DNA of 41,632 nucleotides from a virus: IMG/VR virus record IMGVR_UViG_3300045988_015973, positions 1 to 41,632 of that record; one strand, 5' to 3'. Shown piece by piece: positions 39,304 to 41,632 of this stretch (position 1 is its first letter; each line of letters starts with the position of its first letter). The notes under the pieces were generated by a model. It saw only the letters and a program-made list of their open reading frames with translations, ran no database searches and was not told where the DNA came from. The position numbers and the translations under genes were made by a program.

Positions 39304-40133
39304 AGCCTAAACGGATTCGCTGTGAAATTTATCACGACAATTTCCAGAATTACCGCAAATATGGGATTCCGAAGGCGCAGCTTGTGATTGCGGACATTCC
39401 GTACAACATCGGGGCGGATGCCTACGGTTCCAATCCCATGTGGTATAACGGCGGGGACAATTCCAACGGCGAGAGCAAGTTCGCAAAAAAGAGCTTTTTC
39501 AATTCGGACGGTTATTTCAAAATTGCCGAGTATATGCACTTCTGCTCCCGGCTGTTGAAGCCGGAACCGAAGGAAAAGGGCAAGGCACCGGCGATGATCG
39601 TCTTCTGCGCGTTCGACCAGATACATACGGTTGCGGAATACGGCGCACGGTACGGGTTCAAAAACTGGTTCCCGATTTTCTTCTGCAAGAATTACTCCGC
39701 CCAGGTGCTCAAGGCGAATATGCGCATCGTCGGCGCAACGGAGTTTGCAATCGTCCTCTACCGGGACAAGCTGCCGAAGTTCAACAACGGGCGCCAGATT
39801 GGAGAGGACGGCAAGCCAATTCGTGGAACCGGGAAGATGGTTTTTGACTGGTTCGCATGGGAACGCGACAGCAAGGAGATTCCGAAGATTCACCCAACGC
39901 AGAAGCCGGTCGGCGTGCTGAAGCGGTTGATCGAGATTTTTACCGATCCCGGCGAGACGGTCATTGACCCGTGCTGCGGTTCGGGTTCGACGCTTCGCGC
40001 GGCTGCCGAGCTTGGGCGAAATGCGTTTGGATTTGAGATCGACCGGAACTTTTACAAAGCTGCACAAGAAAAAATGCTGGCAGGAGTTCATGCGAAACAG
40101 TCCGAGGACGAAATGCAGGAGGCGCTATGGTGA
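39300..40133 (+). CDS. Orphan beta-class DNA methyltransferase (N6-A or N4-C)
   Basis: Motif IV-like ADIPYN precedes motif I DPCCGSGST. HPTQKPV is also present. No restriction endonuclease partner. The GTG start overlaps the upstream stop. Confidence 0.85.
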   Translation: MKPKRIRCEIYHDNFQNYRKYGIPKAQLVIADIPYNIGADAYGSNPMWYNGGDNSNGESKFAKKSFFNSDGYFKIAEYMHFCSRLLKPEPKEKGKAPAMIVFCAFDQIHTVAEYGARYGFKNWFPIFFCKNYSAQVLKANMRIVGATEFAIVLYRDKLPKFNNGRQIGEDGKPIRGTGKMVFDWFAWERDSKEIPKIHPTQKPVGVLKRLIEIFTDPGETVIDPCCGSGSTLRAAAELGRNAFGFEIDRNFYKAAQEKMLAGVHAKQSEDEMQEALW

Positions 40134-40333
40134 AGCCGCCATGTGAGAGGGACTGCCCGAGACGGACGGCGGAATGTCACGCGAAGTGTGCACCGTATCT
40201 GGCCTATGAGGAAGCGAAACAGGCGGAATATCGGACGAATGGGGCTGAAAGAGACCGGAACGCTTACACTGCGGACGCGAAGAAGCGGTGTAAGAGCGTG
40301 GAGAGACTACGGAAAGCGGGGTTGCTGAAATGA
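40127..40333 (+). CDS. Cys-rich small protein
   Basis: Reads PPCERDCPRRTAECHAKCAPY. Overlaps the methyltransferase stop. Confidence 0.6.
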   Translation: MVKPPCERDCPRRTAECHAKCAPYLAYEEAKQAEYRTNGAERDRNAYTADAKKRCKSVERLRKAGLLK

Positions 40334-40689
40334 ATTTGAAACCGGAAGAACTGGTCAAGGCGCTGCGGTATTGCAGCAACGATTATCCGTGCAAAACGTG
40401 CCCGGTAGAGTTGCAAAATGATGAATCGACCTGCATCGGTGTGCTATTCAAGCATTGCATTGACCAGATCGAGCGCGACCAGAATGAGATTGAAGCGCTG
40501 CGGGAGAAGCAGCGGTGGATTTCAGTGACAGAAAAAACGCCAGAGTATGATATGCCGCAGCTTGCGCTAAATGCTGACGGGGATGCACTCATTGCAAATT
40601 ACGCATACGGCGAATGGTTTGATACATGGGGGCAGGATGTGGAGGTCACCCACTGGATGCCGCTGCCGGAACAGCCGAAGGAGGATTGA
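40330..40689 (+). CDS. DUF551-like protein
   Basis: C-terminal WISVTEKTPEYD...VTHWMPLPEQP fits the DUF551 pattern (from memory). Confidence 0.6.
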   Translation: MNLKPEELVKALRYCSNDYPCKTCPVELQNDESTCIGVLFKHCIDQIERDQNEIEALREKQRWISVTEKTPEYDMPQLALNADGDALIANYAYGEWFDTWGQDVEVTHWMPLPEQPKED

Positions 40690-41129
40690 TGATGGAACGA
40701 CTGACCTTTGAGGGCAACTTCTGCGAGATTGCGCAATGCGCGTGCATGAAGTGCCCATACGATACCGATTGCAGCCAGAAACAGGTATGGGAACGGCTGA
40801 AAGCCTATGAGGACACGGGCTTATCGCCCATCGCGTGCGAAGAGAGCGCGAAAATCGAAAAAGGACTTTCGGAGGGCGGCTTTTCGACCTCGCGCATGGT
40901 GGAGCTGATGTGTGCCGACAAAGAGGGGCGAGTGATTGTCCTGCCGTGCAAGGTGGGTGATACGATATGGCGCTTAAAGCGAACCTTTGAAACGTACCCG
41001 GATAAAAGTAAACCATACACTGAAGCTGACGGATTCCTTTTACAAGACATTTGGAACGTCGGTAAGAATGTTTTCCTGACGCGCGAAGAAGCTGAAAAGG
41101 CGCTGGCGGAAATGGAGGGCAAGGGATGA
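40689..41129 (+). CDS. Hypothetical protein (Cys-rich N-terminus)
   Basis: ATG 40689 follows aaggagg, inside track ORF 40626..41129. Confidence 0.6.
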   Translation: MMERLTFEGNFCEIAQCACMKCPYDTDCSQKQVWERLKAYEDTGLSPIACEESAKIEKGLSEGGFSTSRMVELMCADKEGRVIVLPCKVGDTIWRLKRTFETYPDKSKPYTEADGFLLQDIWNVGKNVFLTREEAEKALAEMEGKG

Positions 41130-41479
41130 GCTTCAGTAAGAAAAAACGGGAAGCGGTCCATGCGAAGTATGACGGCCACTGTGCCTACTGCGGACGGCCT
41201 ATCGACATCCGAGACATGCAGGTAGACCACTTCCGGCCGCTGCGAGCGTGGGACGATGAGGATGCAGGAAGCGATGACCTCTCGAACCTCATGCCATCCT
41301 GCCGGATGTGCAACCACTACAAGCGGGCAAACTCACTGGAAACCTTCCGGCGCTATATTGCGGAGATTCCGCGCAAGCTCCGCGAGAACTACATCTACAA
41401 GGTCGGCGTGGTTTACGGGAATGTCGTTGAAAACGAAAAGCCGATCAAGTTCTACTTTGAAGAAATGGAGGGCAAATGA
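41126..41479 (+). CDS. HNH endonuclease
   Basis: Reads HCAYCG...QVDHFRPL...NLMPSCRMCNHYK, the H-N-H / CxxC layout. Confidence 0.85.
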   Translation: MSFSKKKREAVHAKYDGHCAYCGRPIDIRDMQVDHFRPLRAWDDEDAGSDDLSNLMPSCRMCNHYKRANSLETFRRYIAEIPRKLRENYIYKVGVVYGNVVENEKPIKFYFEEMEGK

Positions 41480-41632
41480 TGGTAAAAAGAATCTGCGACC
41501 GATGCGGAGCCGAAATAAACCCTACAAGTTCGGCAACGTATGTAAACGTAAGGGGCGCATATCGCGAAAACACGGAAGACGTCGAGCTTTGCTGTTCATG
41601 CGGGATGCGAATTCGTGAATGGCTAAAACCGA
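41476..41632 (+). CDS. Small zinc-ribbon protein, 5' part (continues at nt 1-81 across the circular junction; 61 aa total)
   Basis: ATGATG overlaps the HNH stop. Reads MMVKRICDRCGAE...ELCCSCG. The ORF is open to the window end. Confidence 0.6.
   Translation, partial: MMVKRICDRCGAEINPTSSATYVNVRGAYRENTEDVELCCSCGMRIREWLKP
41578..41632 (+). repeat. Right copy of exact 55-nt terminal overlap
   Basis: Identical to nt 1-55. Most simply explained as an assembler overlap of a circular molecule. Confidence 0.95.

Larger units (their letters stand above)
1..41632. mobile_element. Complete temperate phage genome (circular contig; packaging, head, internal protein, fibre, lysis, accessory, integration, immunity and early modules)
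   Basis: All phage modules are present in one window. Nt 1-55 equal nt 41578-41632. A serine integrase plus a CI/Cro-like switch are present. Nearly all long ORFs are co-oriented on the + strand with overlapping stop/start codons. Confidence 0.85.

Noticed and set aside
1-41632. tRNA, rRNA, tmRNA, CRISPR array, transposase/IS, reverse transcriptase
   Set aside because: I scanned the ORF translations and intergenic regions by eye. No cloverleaf-like segments, repeat-spacer arrays, DDE/TnpB-like or RT (YxDD) motifs were noticed. A tRNAscan/Infernal run would be needed to be certain.

Overview
The window is a complete, circularly closed genome of a temperate dsDNA phage. Nt 1-55 are identical to nt 41578-41632, so the non-redundant unit is 41,577 bp. 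The host is probably a fairly GC-rich Firmicutes/Clostridia-type bacterium; this is inferred from the XhlA-type lysis cassette, an L27-like capsid propeptide, a collagen-like fibre, DUF1064 and a large serine integrase. No searches were run: all family names come from motifs read in the translations and from memory.

Layout (mostly + strand):
- 0-3.2 kb: small late-early genes, including Lar-like, several Cys-rich/zinc-ribbon proteins and an HUH Rep-like protein.
- 3.3-5.1 kb: terS and terL.
- 5.2-8.2 kb: two tail-like proteins.
- 8.4-12.4 kb: portal, scaffold and an N4-gp56-like major capsid protein.
- 12.4-14.3 kb: three virion proteins.
- 14.3-23.2 kb: one 2948-aa polyvalent virion protein.
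- 23.2-23.5 kb: an antisense moron.
- 23.6-27.4 kb: fibre/receptor-binding module.
- 27.4-28.8 kb: XhlA, two small membrane proteins and an amidase.
- 28.8-31.9 kb: accessory island.
- 31.9-33.8 kb (minus): serine integrase plus a membrane-anchored XRE protein.
- 34.2-34.7 kb: a low-GC moron.
- 34.8-35.9 kb: CI-like repressor, divergent promoters and a Cro-like protein.
- 36-41.6 kb: early genes, including DUF1064 nuclease, an orphan beta-class methyltransferase, DUF551 and HNH.

No tRNA, rRNA, CRISPR array, tail tube, sheath or tape-measure gene was seen.

Most interesting observations:
1. A 55-codon gene with a perfect SD is overprinted in the +1 frame inside the giant ORF, exactly where the giant frame loses its codon bias.
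2. An ORF-free 380-nt cluster of 9-12-bp perfect GC hairpins lies at 38.3-38.7 kb.
3. The giant protein carries two diphtheria-toxin-like ADP-ribosyltransferase modules plus zincin and nuclease-like modules.
4. A highly acidic small protein is translationally coupled to a Zn-ribbon-HTH regulator, behind a promoter whose spacer is a perfect palindrome (Acr-Aca-like). It sits divergent from a 3-gene operon of unknown function.
5. An HUH Rep-like protein is the only visible replication enzyme.
6. A 425-nt structured leader between PR and the Cro-like gene contains an antisense promoter and micro-ORF.
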